A stretch of DNA of 39,148 nucleotides, from UHGV virus genome UHGV-1485161; one strand, 5' to 3'. Positions 10,398 to 24,103 of the stretch are shown here, piece by piece; within the stretch, counting starts at the first letter, position 1; each line of letters begins with the position of its first letter. A program made the position numbers and the translations under genes. The DNA comes from a virus. Below the pieces are notes generated by a model. That model was not told the DNA's origin, searched no databases, and saw nothing but the letters and a program-made list of their open reading frames with translations.

Positions 10398-10794
10398 CAG
10401 AAACAGGCTCTGCAGGCCCGGCGTCATCTGCCTGTTCAGGAGCATCATTCACCACAAACTCATACATACCGGACAGCCGGTACACCACGTTTTCAGCATG
10501 AGAAATTGCCTCCGTGGGCCAGGTGGTAAGCACTTCCTGCTCAATCTGTTTAACGGCTTCATTCATGGAAGGCAGCTTTGTCTTCTGCGGATGGTTATGC
10601 CACAGGGACATCGCCACCACAAAAGCGCCGGTTCTGATGGCGTCTTCCACAGTAAACTTCCGGTTGCTGTCTGACTCCGCCTGTTCTGCCTGTCGTTTCA
10701 TCAGGGCGAGATGCTCAATACGCTGCAGGGCTGACAGTTCAGAAAGCGTGACGGTCACACCGTTATGTTCAAATGATTCGGTTTTCAGGAACAT
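10372..10794 (-). CDS. G: tail assembly chaperone G
   Basis: Track ORF of 140 aa ending ...PVSAGKCSTVS, same length as lambda G, containing the slippery site. Confidence 0.9.
   Translation of the reverse strand: MFLKTESFEHNGVTVTLSELSALQRIEHLALMKRQAEQAESDSNRKFTVEDAIRTGAFVVAMSLWHNHPQKTKLPSMNEAVKQIEQEVLTTWPTEAISHAENVVYRLSGMYEFVVNDAPEQADDAGPAEPVSAGKCSTVS
10390..10396 (-). other. programmed -1 frameshift slippery heptamer G GGA AAG of the G/GT system
   Basis: Heptamer GGGAAAG read as GCG GGA AAG (A-G-K) seven codons before the G stop, the same site as in lambda. Confidence 0.75.
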
Positions 10795-10809
10795 CGCTGA
10801 CTCTCCGGA

Positions 10810-11550
10810 TTAACTGGCGGTGACGTTGATTTCTGCAACCGCAGCAAGTTCACCATTACCGGATACGACCAGAATGTTGACCTTGCCTGCAGCAACACCT
10901 TTCACGGTGATGGTCATACCACTGACCGACACGGTGGCTTTTGTTTTATCCGCAGACACCGCACGGAAGCTCTTGTCGGTTGCGCCTTCCGGCTGGAATG
11001 CCACGGTCAGCGTGGTGCTCTGCCCTTTCACCACCGAGGTGCTGGCAGGCGTCACGGTCATGCCGGTTGCCGCTGTTACCGTGCTGCGATCTTCTGCCAT
11101 CGACGGACGTCCCACATTGGTGACTTTCACCGTGCGGGTGATCACTTCCTTCGCCGTCACCGCCTTACCGATACTGCTGACCCAGCCACGGAACACATCG
11201 ACCGTGCCGTTCGGGAAGCGGATTTTATAGGCACGGGTATCGCCTTCATTAAACCACGCCAGCAGCGCCTGCTGCCCCTGCTCTCCGGGCATCCACGCCA
11301 GCGTGAAGCTGGTATCTCCGGCAGATTTCTGCCCCTGTCCGGTCGCAGTCCAGTCTGCATCTTCATCATCGAGATAGCTGTCGTCATAGGACTCAGCGGT
11401 CAGTTCGCCGGGCGTCAGGTCTTTAACTTTAGCCAGACGCGACCAGTCAACGTCTGAAAGCGGGTTTGCATAAGGGTCGCCGCTCCCGTTATAAACCCAC
11501 AGGGTGGTTCCGGCACCTTTCACCGGTATTGCTGGATTTGGTACAGGCAT
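10810..11550 (-). CDS. V: major tail tube protein V with C-terminal Ig-like domain
   Basis: Track ORF 10810..11580; the lambda-type start MPVPNP... gives 246 aa as in lambda. Confidence 0.9.
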   Translation of the reverse strand: MPVPNPAIPVKGAGTTLWVYNGSGDPYANPLSDVDWSRLAKVKDLTPGELTAESYDDSYLDDEDADWTATGQGQKSAGDTSFTLAWMPGEQGQQALLAWFNEGDTRAYKIRFPNGTVDVFRGWVSSIGKAVTAKEVITRTVKVTNVGRPSMAEDRSTVTAATGMTVTPASTSVVKGQSTTLTVAFQPEGATDKSFRAVSADKTKATVSVSGMTITVKGVAAGKVNILVVSGNGELAAVAEINVTAS

Positions 11551-11557
11551 ATCGTCC

Positions 11558-11953
11558 TCACATTTCATAGGTAATGACATAAGTCAGATCGGCTGAACTC
11601 CACAGGCCCGCATCATCGTCGCGCCGGTAGTCATAGCCACTGGCCACCATACTGGTGATCAAATCTGACAGTGCCGGGATATCGCTCATCACCGGATAAA
11701 TCCGGGACTCCATCCACGAATCCAGCTCTGAATCCGGCACCTGAGCAGGCAGGAAAACTTCAATATGCAGCTCCGCCTGCCAGGTATCACTGTCCAGCTC
11801 TTCGCCCGTGTATTCAGCGCCGGTGAGATAAACGGCAACTGCCGGAAAATCCGCCTCATCAAAAACAGCGGGGCGACCATCAAAAAACGTCGCCCCGGTG
11901 TCATGCTTCTCCAGTGCATCCAGTACGGCTGCACGGAGTTCTGTATGTTTCAT
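11558..11953 (-). CDS. U: tail terminator protein U
   Basis: Track ORF of 131 aa, lambda U length and position. Confidence 0.9.
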   Translation of the reverse strand: MKHTELRAAVLDALEKHDTGATFFDGRPAVFDEADFPAVAVYLTGAEYTGEELDSDTWQAELHIEVFLPAQVPDSELDSWMESRIYPVMSDIPALSDLITSMVASGYDYRRDDDAGLWSSADLTYVITYEM

Positions 11954-12528
11954 CGCTTTATTACCATCCTCAGTTGATGCTGCAGCGCATAGCCCAGCTC
12001 TTTCGGAAGACGTTCACGCCGTATCCGCTCAATATTTTGTTTAAACGCCGTGGTCAGCGGCACCGCCATCGGGATTTTCACCACATCAATGGGGTAACGG
12101 TTTTTCCCGGCCACACGCTGCATGACATGCCACCGGCCATTTTTCAGTTGCTGAATAAACGCGCCGGGAATACGACGGTTTCCCACCACAAGCACGCTGC
12201 CGCCACCTTTCAGGGATGAACGCTGCCCCTTTTTACGACGCCTGCGTCGGGACAGGACAATCCGCGCGTTACCCAGCCTGATTACGGGAAAATCCCCCCG
12301 GTTAACCCTGATTCTGGCCTGCGGATTTTTGACCGTGGCCCTTTTCAGCCTGGCCCTTTCCTTTACCAGTTTCCGGCGTACCTTTGTCTCACGGGCAACC
12401 TGTGCCGCCGACTGCGATATCGCGGATGAAGCAACGCGGTTAATGGCCATTGCTGACGCACCGGGCACCGCCGTTCTGCTGATACGGCTGAGGTTTTCAA
12501 CAGCCTGCTCAAGACCTTTTATGGCCAT
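11950..12528 (-). CDS. Z: tail completion protein Z
   Basis: Track ORF of 192 aa, lambda Z length and position. Confidence 0.9.
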   Translation of the reverse strand: MAIKGLEQAVENLSRISRTAVPGASAMAINRVASSAISQSAAQVARETKVRRKLVKERARLKRATVKNPQARIRVNRGDFPVIRLGNARIVLSRRRRRKKGQRSSLKGGGSVLVVGNRRIPGAFIQQLKNGRWHVMQRVAGKNRYPIDVVKIPMAVPLTTAFKQNIERIRRERLPKELGYALQHQLRMVIKR

Positions 12529-12539
12529 ACATCCCCCTT

Positions 12540-12893
12540 TCAGCGGCGACGGTTAACGGCAGGCGGTACGCCCCGTCCAAGCCAGAGATGACAGCTTCCG
12601 CCATCATCCGGCGTAACCCGGTCCACCCAGAAGTTTTCCTCACCGATGGTCAGCGTGTCTCCGCGCCGCAGCTGCCGCACATCATCAGTCCGGACAAACA
12701 GGGACGGGCTGGAGCCTTCAACGCGCACGCCCTGTCCGGCATAGCTGATATTTTCAGGGTCATCAAAAACACCACGTATCACAGCACCGGACTGCTCACC
12801 GGATGTCATGGTGGCTGACGTTCCCATGTACCCGCGTATCGTTTCATCGGCGCGGGCAATGGCTGCATCGAACAGGTTATCGAAATCAGCCAC
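12540..12893 (-). CDS. FII: head-tail joining protein FII
   Basis: Track ORF of 117 aa starting MADFDNLFDAAIARADETIRGYMG as in lambda FII. Confidence 0.9.
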   Translation of the reverse strand: MADFDNLFDAAIARADETIRGYMGTSATMTSGEQSGAVIRGVFDDPENISYAGQGVRVEGSSPSLFVRTDDVRQLRRGDTLTIGEENFWVDRVTPDDGGSCHLWLGRGVPPAVNRRR

Positions 12894-12904
12894 AGCGCCT
12901 CCCG

Positions 12905-13303
12905 TTATTGCATTCTGGCCAGGCCACGCGCTGTCATTTCAGCTGCCACACCGGCAGAGACACGGAACGCCGTTCCCGGCAGCACAAATGCCACAGGTTC
13001 ATCCCGCGTGGCGTGAAGTGCATCGGTATGCAGCGTCACCAGTGCCACAACCGTGACCAGAGCAGCCGTATCCTGAATCACGGTATCCGGCTGCGCTGAT
13101 ACCACCTCATTTTCATGTCCGGTCAGCGCATTTTCCGGGCTGACAGACGTGTCCTGACCGGCTGCGTCATCCGTGTCATCAAGCTCCTCTTCCAGCTCTG
13201 CCACACGGAGCGCCAGTTCTTCTTTCGTCCCCGTCAGGCTGACATCACGGTTCAGTTGCTCACCCAGCGAACGGAGACGGGCAATCAGTTCATCTTTCGT
13301 CAT
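12905..13303 (-). CDS. FI: DNA packaging protein FI
   Basis: Track ORF 12905..13342; the lambda-type start MTKDELIARLRSLGEQL gives 132 aa. Confidence 0.85.
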   Translation of the reverse strand: MTKDELIARLRSLGEQLNRDVSLTGTKEELALRVAELEEELDDTDDAAGQDTSVSPENALTGHENEVVSAQPDTVIQDTAALVTVVALVTLHTDALHATRDEPVAFVLPGTAFRVSAGVAAEMTARGLARMQ

Positions 13304-13409
13304 GGACTCCTCCACAGAGAGAAAATGGCCCCGAAGGGCCATGATTACGCCAGTTGAACGGACACGAACTCATCAGGGTCAGCCAGCAGCATCAGCGGTG
13401 CTGACTGAA

Positions 13410-14369
13410 TCATGGTGAACTCACGCGCCGGATCGCCGGATGTCTTCCAGTTTTCGGATAACGGGGAGACGCATTAATACCCTCACTCAATGCATCCGCA
13501 TCCTGAATACAGCCATAGGTGCGCAGACCGCGTGCATGAGTGTTACCCAGCACCATCGTGTTGTCCGGCAGGAAGTTCTTTTTGACGCCGTTTTCCACGT
13601 ACTGTCCGGAATACACGACGATGGCCACATCGCCATACATCCCCTTATAGGACACCGCTTTGCCCAGGTCTTTCACCGCTGTCTCCAGCTCGGAATGAGA
13701 GCCGCGACGGGTATCCAGCTTCTCCTTGACGGCTTTGAAGGAACGGAACAGCGCCCAGCCTTTCGGATCAAACACGATGATATTCACCACACCGCTGGCG
13801 TTCAGCGCGTAGGCTTCGATATCGTCGGTCGGGTCATACGTGGACTTGTCACGCTTGCTCCACTCCGTGCCGCCGGACTGCGTGATGTTATTCTCCTCAC
13901 TGCGGCCCATATCCACCTCAACCGGATCGAAGGCTTCACCGGTCATGGTGTATTTGCCCTTAAGCACGGCAGAAACTGCCTGCATCTCTTCGACCTGAGC
14001 AATGGCCAGCTCTTCGTCACGCATGTTCTGCATGATGATGCGACGGCGGCGGTAAGCCGGGTCCGCCAGATTCTGCGGATCTTCATCCGGCAGGCGACGC
14101 AGGGTCATCTGCGGATTCACTTCATGCTTGGGTTTGACATATCCCGGCGTAAATTCAGAGGTGGAGCCGCCACGGGAACGGATAACCTCACCGGAAACAA
14201 TCGGCGAAACGTACAGCGCCATGTTTACCAGTCCCGGAATTTGTGAGAGATAGACTTTCTCCGTAGTGAAGGGATAGCTCTCACGGAAAAAGAGACGCAG
14301 AAACAGCGGATCAAACTTAAATTTCTGCTCATTTGCCGCCAGCAGCTGGGCGGTTGTGTACATCGACAT
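13410..14369 (-). CDS. E: major capsid protein E, C-terminus altered by a -1 nt frameshift (intact gene would end near 13345)
   Basis: Starts MSMYTTAQLLAANEQKFKFDPLFLR; the track ORF ends ...PRYPKTGRHPAIRRVSSP, while the next frame encodes the expected EFTMIQSAPLMLLADPDEFVSVQLA and a stop near 13345. The span 14369..13345 is 1025 nt against 1026; the break is at an A/T4 run near 13452-13455. Confidence 0.9.
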   Translation of the reverse strand: MSMYTTAQLLAANEQKFKFDPLFLRLFFRESYPFTTEKVYLSQIPGLVNMALYVSPIVSGEVIRSRGGSTSEFTPGYVKPKHEVNPQMTLRRLPDEDPQNLADPAYRRRRIIMQNMRDEELAIAQVEEMQAVSAVLKGKYTMTGEAFDPVEVDMGRSEENNITQSGGTEWSKRDKSTYDPTDDIEAYALNASGVVNIIVFDPKGWALFRSFKAVKEKLDTRRGSHSELETAVKDLGKAVSYKGMYGDVAIVVYSGQYVENGVKKNFLPDNTMVLGNTHARGLRTYGCIQDADALSEGINASPRYPKTGRHPAIRRVSSP

Positions 14370-14419
14370 AAAAAAATCCCATAAAAAAAGCCGCACAGGC
14401 GGCCTTTAGTGATGAAGGG

Positions 14420-14758
14420 TCAGGTTAAACGATGCTGATTGCCGTTCCGGCAAACGCGGTCCGTTTTTTTCGTCTCGTCGCTGGCAGCCTCCGGCCAGAG
14501 CACATCCTCATAACGGAACGTGCCGGACTTGTAGAACGTCAGTGTGGTGCTGGTCTGGTCAGCAGCAACCGCAAGAATGCCAACGGCAGCACCGTCGGTG
14601 GTGCCATCCCACGCAACCAGCTTACGGGTGGAGGTGTTCAGCATCAGCGGGGTCATTGCTGGCGTTTTCTTGCTCAATCCGCCGGGCGCGGTTGCCGTAT
14701 GAGCCGGGTCACTGTTGCCCAGCGGCTGGTAATGGGTAAAGGTTTCTTTGCTCGTCAT
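14420..14758 (-). CDS. D: head decoration protein D, C-terminus altered by a +1 nt frameshift
   Basis: [12 protein letters not shown]...ASDETKK then [14 protein letters not shown] instead of the lambda [12 protein letters not shown], which is encoded in the adjacent frame. The break is at an A7/T7 run near 14463-14469. Confidence 0.9.
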   Translation of the reverse strand: MTSKETFTHYQPLGNSDPAHTATAPGGLSKKTPAMTPLMLNTSTRKLVAWDGTTDGAAVGILAVAADQTSTTLTFYKSGTFRYEDVLWPEAASDETKKTDRVCRNGNQHRLT

Positions 14759-14767
14759 AAACATCCC

Positions 14768-15373
14768 TTACACTGGTGTGTTCAGCAAATCGTTAACGGC
14801 ATCAGATGCCGGGTTACCTGCAGCCAGCGGTGCCGGTGCACCCTGCATCAGACGATCCAGCGCAGTGTCACTGCGCGCCTGTGCACTCTGTGGTGCTGCA
14901 GCCAGAATGCGGCAGGCCGTTTCCACGGTCATTCCGGGGGTTTCTGCCAGCACGCGTGCCTGTTCTTCGCGTCCGTGAGCCTCCTCACAGTTGAGGATCC
15001 CCATAATGCGGCTGTTTTCTGCCGCAACCGCTGCGGTGATCTGCGCGTTCACGTCCGGCTGCGCCGCGCTGGCGTTTTCGCCCTCCGTCGCTGGCACCAC
15101 GTCAGTAACGTCAGCCTGCGAAGCAGTGGCTGAAACAGTTGTTGGTTGAGTCTCTTTGGTCATTCGCCCTCCTGAGAGACGGGATTTACGTGCATCCAGT
15201 GCATCACGCATGACGGTGATCGCATCGGTGCTGTTAACAAGTTCATCAGCCAGTCCGGCATCAATGGCCTCCTGACCGCTGTACACTGCAGCCTCGGTAT
15301 CCAGCACAGCCTGCACGGACAGGCCGGTATATGCCGACACCTTCTGCGCAAACATCCGGCGGGTTGCATCCAT
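14768..15373 (-). CDS. Nu3: scaffold protein Nu3 (in-frame internal start within C)
   Basis: In-frame ATG at the lambda-equivalent offset (MDATRRMFAQKVSAY...); inferred by colinearity only. Confidence 0.5.
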   Translation of the reverse strand: MDATRRMFAQKVSAYTGLSVQAVLDTEAAVYSGQEAIDAGLADELVNSTDAITVMRDALDARKSRLSGGRMTKETQPTTVSATASQADVTDVVPATEGENASAAQPDVNAQITAAVAAENSRIMGILNCEEAHGREEQARVLAETPGMTVETACRILAAAPQSAQARSDTALDRLMQGAPAPLAAGNPASDAVNDLLNTPV

Positions 15374-16067
15374 CCGGGACTGCAGTGTCTCCCGGACGTC
15401 ATCCGGAAGATGGCTGTAGGGGTTGCCATCCACCTTATGGCTGCCGCTGTAAATCAGCGTGATTTCCACGCCCTGTTTCTCCAGCGCAGCACCGTAATTA
15501 CTGTGAGCCATCATGACGCCGATGGAGCCTGTCCGGGCGGTCTGCGTGACCAGACGCCGGGAGGCGGCACTGGCAAGCAGCTGACCTGCACTGCAGTTCA
15601 TGTCGTTGGCCAGCGCCCATACCGGTTTTATGTCACGCACACGGGCGATGATGTCAGCGCAGTCAAATGCCCCCGCCACCATCCCGCCGGGCGTGTCCAT
15701 ATCGAGCAGAATGCCGTCCACCATCGGATCGCTGGCAGCCTGTTGCAGACGGGCGATAATGCCGTTGTAACCGGTCATTCCCGAATACGGCTGCAGCGCC
15801 CGCGTCCGGCTGACCAGCGTACCGGACACCGGCAGCACGGCGATGCCACTCATGACCTGATAACTGCGGGCCTGTCGTGGTCCGTCATCATCACCGGATA
15901 ACGCCAGCGCCGCGGGTGCCTCTCCGGCAGTCAGGCTGTCGCCGGATACTGCATCCGTCAGGCGGCTGATCCCAAGCTGGCCTGCAAGCGCACAAAAGAA
16001 AACCCGCGCATAGGCGGGTTCAAGCATCAGCGGCTCATTAAAAGCCATGCTGGCAATATGCGGGAGA

Positions 16068-16087
<20 letters not shown>
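14768..16087 (-). CDS. C: head maturation protease / scaffold protein C
   Basis: 439 codons ending ...NPASDAVNDLLNTPV, starting VTAELRNLPHIASMAFNEPLMLEPAYARVFF (GTG start), with a 20-nt overlap with the B stop as in lambda. It sits inside the artefactual 689-aa track ORF. Confidence 0.85.
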
Positions 16088-19768
<3,681 letters not shown>

Positions 19769-19794
<26 letters not shown>

Positions 19795-20314
19795 TCAGCA
19801 ACCCCGGTATCAGTTCATCCAGCGCGGCTGCTTTGTTCATGGCTTTGATGATATCCCGTTTCAGGAAATCAATATGCCGGTTATCCAGCTCAGGAAAACG
19901 TCGCTGCACCGACAGAGGAATACCGTCGAGAATACTGGATATTTCCCTTGCTATACGCGACAGCACGAAAGTACAGAATGCGGTTTCCACCACTTCAGCC
20001 GATTCTTTGGCATTTTTCAGTTCCTGCGCCGTCGCCTGAGCACGGGTCAGGCGATGGCGCTCAAATTCAAGTGTTCCGGGGTGAAGATCTGCCTCGCTGG
20101 CCAGCCGCAGTTCTTCAACCTCCCGGCGCAGCTTTTCGTTCTCAATTTCAGCATCCCTTTCGGCATACCATTTTATGACGGCGGCAGAATCATAAAGCAC
20201 CTCATTACCCTTGCCACCGCCTCGCAGAACGGGCATTCCCTGCTCCTGCCAGTTCTGAATGGTACGGATACTCGCACCGAAAATATCAGCCAGCTGCTTT
20301 TTGTTGACTTCCAT
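19769..20314 (-). CDS. Nu1: terminase small subunit Nu1
   Basis: Track ORF of 181 aa starting MEVNKKQLADIFGASIRTIQNWQEQGMPVLRGGGKGNEVLYDSAAVIKWY (winged HTH). Confidence 0.95.
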
Positions 20315-20329
20315 TGTTCATTCCACGGA

Positions 20330-20520
20330 CAAAAACAGAGAAAGGAAACGACAGAGGCCAAAAAGCCCGTTTTCAGCATCTGTCGTTTCCTTTCCTTTCA
20401 GGGGGTGTTTTAAATAAAAACATTAAGTTACGGCGAAGAAGAACGGAAACGCCTTAAACCGGAAAATTTTCATAAATAGCGAAAACCCGCGCGCCTGACG
20501 CCCCGTAACCTGTCGGATCA
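20330..20520 (-). other. cos region: cosB (Nu1 binding sites) and cosN; 12-nt cohesive-end segment at about 20493-20504
   Basis: Sequence upstream of Nu1 aligns by eye with the lambda left end, and 20505 onward with the lambda right end. The 12-mer at the junction is CGCCTGACGCCC (reverse complement GGGCGTCAGGCG) against lambda GGGCGGCGACCT. Confidence 0.6.
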
Positions 20521-20605
20521 CTGGAAAGGACCCGCAAATGATAATAATTATCATCTGCATATCACAACACCTGAAAGTCAACGCGCCCTGAAAGCTGATT
20601 TGCTG

Positions 20606-20920
20606 TTACAAGCAATGCTTTTTTCTTTTTGTTTTATTGCTCATTGCCACCAACTGTTCAGCCATCTCTCTTGTCACACTACCAGAAACTCTTTCTTGAA
20701 TTTTCACAGAAAATTTTCTGGATGTAGTAGCATCGACATTAAAAAATCTGGATGTCATCAGGCAGTTATTAACAATTGGCATCAGCTCACTTACGATTGT
20801 AAAAAATTCCCGGTAAAGCTCATTTTGCTTTTCAACACACAGCTTTCCACAATCGTCCAGCTTACGCTCAAGAGCACTTAATCTTTCCATTATTGAATTA
20901 ATTTTTTGCAACTCTTTCAT
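20606..20920 (-). CDS. hypothetical protein, AT-rich moron next to cos
   Basis: ATG preceded by AGGAGG; MKELQKINSIMERLSALERKLDDCGKLCVEKQNELYREFF...; low GC relative to flanks. The longer track ORF (to 21181) reads through two palindromes and is rejected. Confidence 0.45.
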   Translation of the reverse strand: MKELQKINSIMERLSALERKLDDCGKLCVEKQNELYREFFTIVSELMPIVNNCLMTSRFFNVDATTSRKFSVKIQERVSGSVTREMAEQLVAMSNKTKRKKHCL

Positions 20921-20943
20921 CAAAACCTCCTGACAAAGATACC

Positions 20944-20961
20944 GTGCGACCACGGTCGCAC
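20944..20961. repeat. 18-bp palindrome GTGCGACCACGGTCGCAC, copy 1
   Basis: Exact 18-mer, about 25 nt upstream of the 20920 start codon on the minus strand. Confidence 0.7.
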
Positions 20962-21163
20962 GCTCCTGAATACATGCCCTGTTTCTTCCACCCTCGCACA
21001 GGACTGGCGAGCATGAGGGACAAACCCGCGAATCATTAGCGCGGTAAAAACCCGGTGTGCATCGTTTTTGATTATTTCCGCACACTCGCGCAGAGGAGTT
21101 CCCCGTCGGGCTACGGTCATGGTTAATGCGGAAATACGGCGACGATGCAGCGCGGTATTTAAT

Positions 21164-21181
21164 GTGCGACCACGGTCGCAC
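21164..21181. repeat. 18-bp palindrome GTGCGACCACGGTCGCAC, copy 2
   Basis: Exact 18-mer between the 21201..21512 gene and the cos-proximal gene. Confidence 0.7.
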
Positions 21182-21200
21182 ACGAGAAACAAAGAGATTT

Positions 21201-21512
21201 TTATGCTACAGAGGAACAAGCTGGCGGGTAATTCAGCGTAGTGAATACCGGCATCTCCATCTTGTATGCGTAATGATACTCAGCAGTTGCTCCAGCAGAC
21301 GCTTTCCAGCCAGGAAGCATCAAAATAGCATCAGCACAACGAAGCATTGCAAAGCAAATATCCATGTATTCACGTTGTGTCAGACCATTAGGCAAAGTGG
21401 CTGGATTCAAGACAGAGTGACCATGTCGTGACAAACGATCTGCCTCTTTATTAAAGGCGTCACGATTAAAGTTCTCATATCCAGTCATTGGCCCGGCAAT
21501 ATAAATTTTCAT
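21201..21512 (-). CDS. DUF4406 / nucleoside 2-deoxyribosyltransferase-like small protein
   Basis: Track ORF of 103 aa starting MKIYIAGPMTGYENFNRDAFNKEADRL, the typical N-terminal motif of this family. Confidence 0.5.
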   Translation of the reverse strand: MKIYIAGPMTGYENFNRDAFNKEADRLSRHGHSVLNPATLPNGLTQREYMDICFAMLRCADAILMLPGWKASAGATAEYHYAYKMEMPVFTTLNYPPACSSVA

Positions 21513-21553
21513 TCACTATCCAACAAATTGAGTTCGTTTTTGATACAGAGGGA

Positions 21554-22021
21554 TTAATTCGGGCATTGCGTCTTGATGTATTCCTGAAGCGTTCTCAGTG
21601 CTGTCTGGTCTCTGATGATTCCGTCCCGGATACCGAGAACGTTTCGTCCAGCAACTGGAGAGAGTTCGACGGTGGCATCATTGCCCATGCCGGAGGCGCT
21701 GGAGGTTTCGGCTGAGGATGGCACAGAGCATTTTCCTTTGACGAGCACCCGACCACCATTATCAAGCTTGCGCCGAAGAGCATCATTTTCAGCTTTCGCA
21801 TCAGCCAACTCCTTCGTGTATTTTGCATCGAGCGCAGCAACATCACGCTGACGCTGCTGCATGTCAGCGATGGTGGCGGTCGCCTGCTTCAGCTCACTGA
21901 CTTTTTTATCACGCTGTTCTTTGTAGGCGATGGCGTTATCACGGTAATGATTAACAGCCCACGACAGGCAGACGATGATGCAGATAACCAGTGCGGAGAT
22001 AATTGCGGTTACTCTGCTCAT
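21554..22021 (-). CDS. Rz: i-spanin Rz
   Basis: [31 protein letters not shown]... with N-terminal TM and coiled coil; resembles DLP12 RzpD from memory. Track ORF starts 12 nt upstream. Confidence 0.8.
   Translation of the reverse strand: MSRVTAIISALVICIIVCLSWAVNHYRDNAIAYKEQRDKKVSELKQATATIADMQQRQRDVAALDAKYTKELADAKAENDALRRKLDNGGRVLVKGKCSVPSSAETSSASGMGNDATVELSPVAGRNVLGIRDGIIRDQTALRTLQEYIKTQCPN
21595..21801 (-). CDS. Rz1: o-spanin Rz1 (lipoprotein) embedded in Rz in the +1 frame
   Basis: [21 protein letters not shown] lipobox followed by a Pro-rich segment [11 protein letters not shown], nested inside Rz. Confidence 0.7.
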   Translation of the reverse strand: MRKLKMMLFGASLIMVVGCSSKENALCHPQPKPPAPPAWAMMPPSNSLQLLDETFSVSGTESSETRQH

Positions 22022-22518
22022 TGTTGACCCCACAAACAGACTTCACGCTCAATCTCACGACGAGTCATCAGGCCTTTCCATTGCTTACCGCCAGCAGATA
22101 TCCAGCGACGTAGCTGATCACATGCGCCTTTGATATCGCCCTGGTTTATTTTGCGAAGAAGCGTCGATGTTCTGAAATTACCAGCGCCCACGTTGTAAAC
22201 GAACGAGTAAAGAGCGCCGCGCGTTGTTTCCGGTATATCGACTTTGATGTACGGGTTAATTTGTCTGGCGACAGTGGCAAGGTCTTTATTCAGGAGAGCT
22301 TTGCATTCTGCTTCGGTATACGTTTTACCTAGCATGATGTCTTTTCCAGTGTGTCCGTAACATACAGTCCATACGCCAACAATATCTTTGTATGGTATGT
22401 AACTGACACCTTCCAGACCATCGTTACCACTTGGGCCAGTGATGAGCATAGACGCTATGGCAATAGCCCCGCCACCAATAGCAGCTGTAACAGCTTTGCG
22501 TAATGATGACTGCATCAT
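22018..22518 (-). CDS. SAR endolysin (phage lysozyme, T4-lysozyme-like fold)
   Basis: Track ORF of 166 aa; ...[47 protein letters not shown]... closely resembles P21 R / DLP12 RrrD from memory. Confidence 0.9.
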   Translation of the reverse strand: MMQSSLRKAVTAAIGGGAIAIASMLITGPSGNDGLEGVSYIPYKDIVGVWTVCYGHTGKDIMLGKTYTEAECKALLNKDLATVARQINPYIKVDIPETTRGALYSFVYNVGAGNFRTSTLLRKINQGDIKGACDQLRRWISAGGKQWKGLMTRREIEREVCLWGQQ

Positions 22519-22787
22519 ATTTCCTTCGGTGCTCTCTTCCCCAGCTCTCCAATAACCATCGCTGTAGCAGAAAGATTATTGGTATTAGTTTTATCCAATA
22601 TCTCCTGCAATATCTTCGTGCGCTTCATCTGCTCGCGTTTATTGAGCCGGTATGTAAGCACACCGAGGATAATGCTGAACGCGACACCGATAATGAAGCC
22701 CCAATCCTGCAATGACAGGCTGGCAAAGAACGCAGCAAGACCGGCGCTACCATAAGATGCACTGCTGTATCGTTCATCCATCTTCAT
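22515..22787 (-). CDS. holin (class II / pinholin-like)
   Basis: Track ORF of 90 aa immediately upstream of and overlapping the endolysin, with two hydrophobic helices and a charged C-terminus. Confidence 0.6.
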   Translation of the reverse strand: MKMDERYSSASYGSAGLAAFFASLSLQDWGFIIGVAFSIILGVLTYRLNKREQMKRTKILQEILDKTNTNNLSATAMVIGELGKRAPKEI

Positions 22788-22837
22788 ATCTCTTACCTCG
22801 CAATAGTTGCTGAGGTTTCGGCTTGGAAACTATATGG

Positions 22838-22868
22838 CGAAAATAACCCCTACCAAAAACGGCAGGGG
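22838..22868 (-). terminator. putative intrinsic terminator between methyltransferase and holin
   Basis: Hairpin CCCCTGCC-loop-GGTAGGGG followed by a U-rich tract on the minus strand. Confidence 0.35.
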
Positions 22869-22882
22869 AATATATTCTCCAG

Positions 22883-23963
22883 TTACTCAAATAACTTTTT
22901 CACTTCATCAACTGTCTGAAGATAACGTTCGCCCTCAATCTCAATACCTATTGCCTGACGTCCTAACTTCAGCGCAGCTTTAATAGTTGAGCCTGATCCC
23001 ATAAAGAAATCGGCAACGATATCTCCGGGGCGTGAACTACTCTTTATAATATGTTCCATCATCGCTGCAGGTTTTTCACATGGGTGCTTGCCAGGATAAT
23101 ATTGCACAGGAGGAAACTCCCATACATCGGTATAAGGTACATCAGCAGTAACATGAAATGGACGGCGTAAATTTTCATACTGAGCCTTCAAATCATCATA
23201 CTGCTTCTTTACTTCCTCATAATGCAATTTCAGATCGCTATAACGCTTTTCATGTTCTGAATAATCAACATTAAAAGGATATGGACACGGGACACCGAGT
23301 GAATCTGCCTTCCTGCGAAATAATTCGCATAGTTTATTAAAATCAATTAATGATGGAAGCCGCCACTGCGAATAAGAAAACCAGTGTGAACACATCTGCT
23401 TTCCTGTCGCTGAATTAATGTCTGCGGCTGATATATCTAACTGACGGCGAGCCAGCGAAAAAGCATCAATTAGTGGAGAAAAAATATTTTTTCTTAAATC
23501 TGCACATTTTGAAGCATAACCTGACTGACCTTTAGCATAACCTGACGCGCCGTAATGCTCTGCAAATAATATTCTTTCAGTAGCAGGAAAATAAGCCCTT
23601 AAACTTTCTTTATGACAACCGCGCCACATACCACTGGGTTTAGCCCAAATGATATGGTTCAGAACATTGAAACGGTCGCGAGTTAATAATTCAATTTTTG
23701 ACGCAAGGCGAGAGCCGGTAAACATATACAGGCTGCCATTAGGGGCCAATATCCAGCCAAAATTCTAGCAAAAATTCGTCAAATCCACCCCCAAAAAAAG
23801 TCAGCATCGCTATCCCACTGGTTATCCCATGCGTTAGCCTTTACGCCGAAGTATGGTGGGTCTGTTGCAATCAAAATTGACCGGTTATCAGGGATGGTTT
23901 TGATAAATTGCAGAGATCTGCGCAAACGAGTTGTGCGCCATGAATATTAGTGGTTTTGAACAT
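22883..23963 (-). pseudogene. DNA methyltransferase (DPPY and FxGxG motifs), N-terminal region frameshifted
   Basis: Track ORF 22883..23749 has ...FMGSGSTIKAALKLGRQAIGIEI (motif I); upstream in other frames are IPDNRSILIATDPPYFGVKANAWDNQW (motif IV) and MFKTTNIHGAQLVCADLCNLSK. Breaks are at T7/G5/A-runs near 23760-23810 and about 23900. Confidence 0.75.
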
Positions 23964-24103
23964 TAGCTATTTACTTTTTTTTGCCCTGGGGTAAAGCTAA
24001 CCCGGCGATGCGCATCGCGGGTGGGCTTTAGGTTCAGCCTATAGCTCTGGCATGGGTTGACCGCAGGACAAGCTGCAACTTGTCCTGCGCCCACTTTTCA
24101 GGC

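Noticed and set aside
20606-21181. 191-aa track ORF and the overlapping 20920..21219 ORF (both containing RPWSH)
   Set aside because: The extended N-termini are produced by reading through the 18-bp palindromes (GTGCGACCACGGTCGCAC translates as RPWSH or ATVVA); the real gene most likely starts at the RBS-preceded ATG at 20920.
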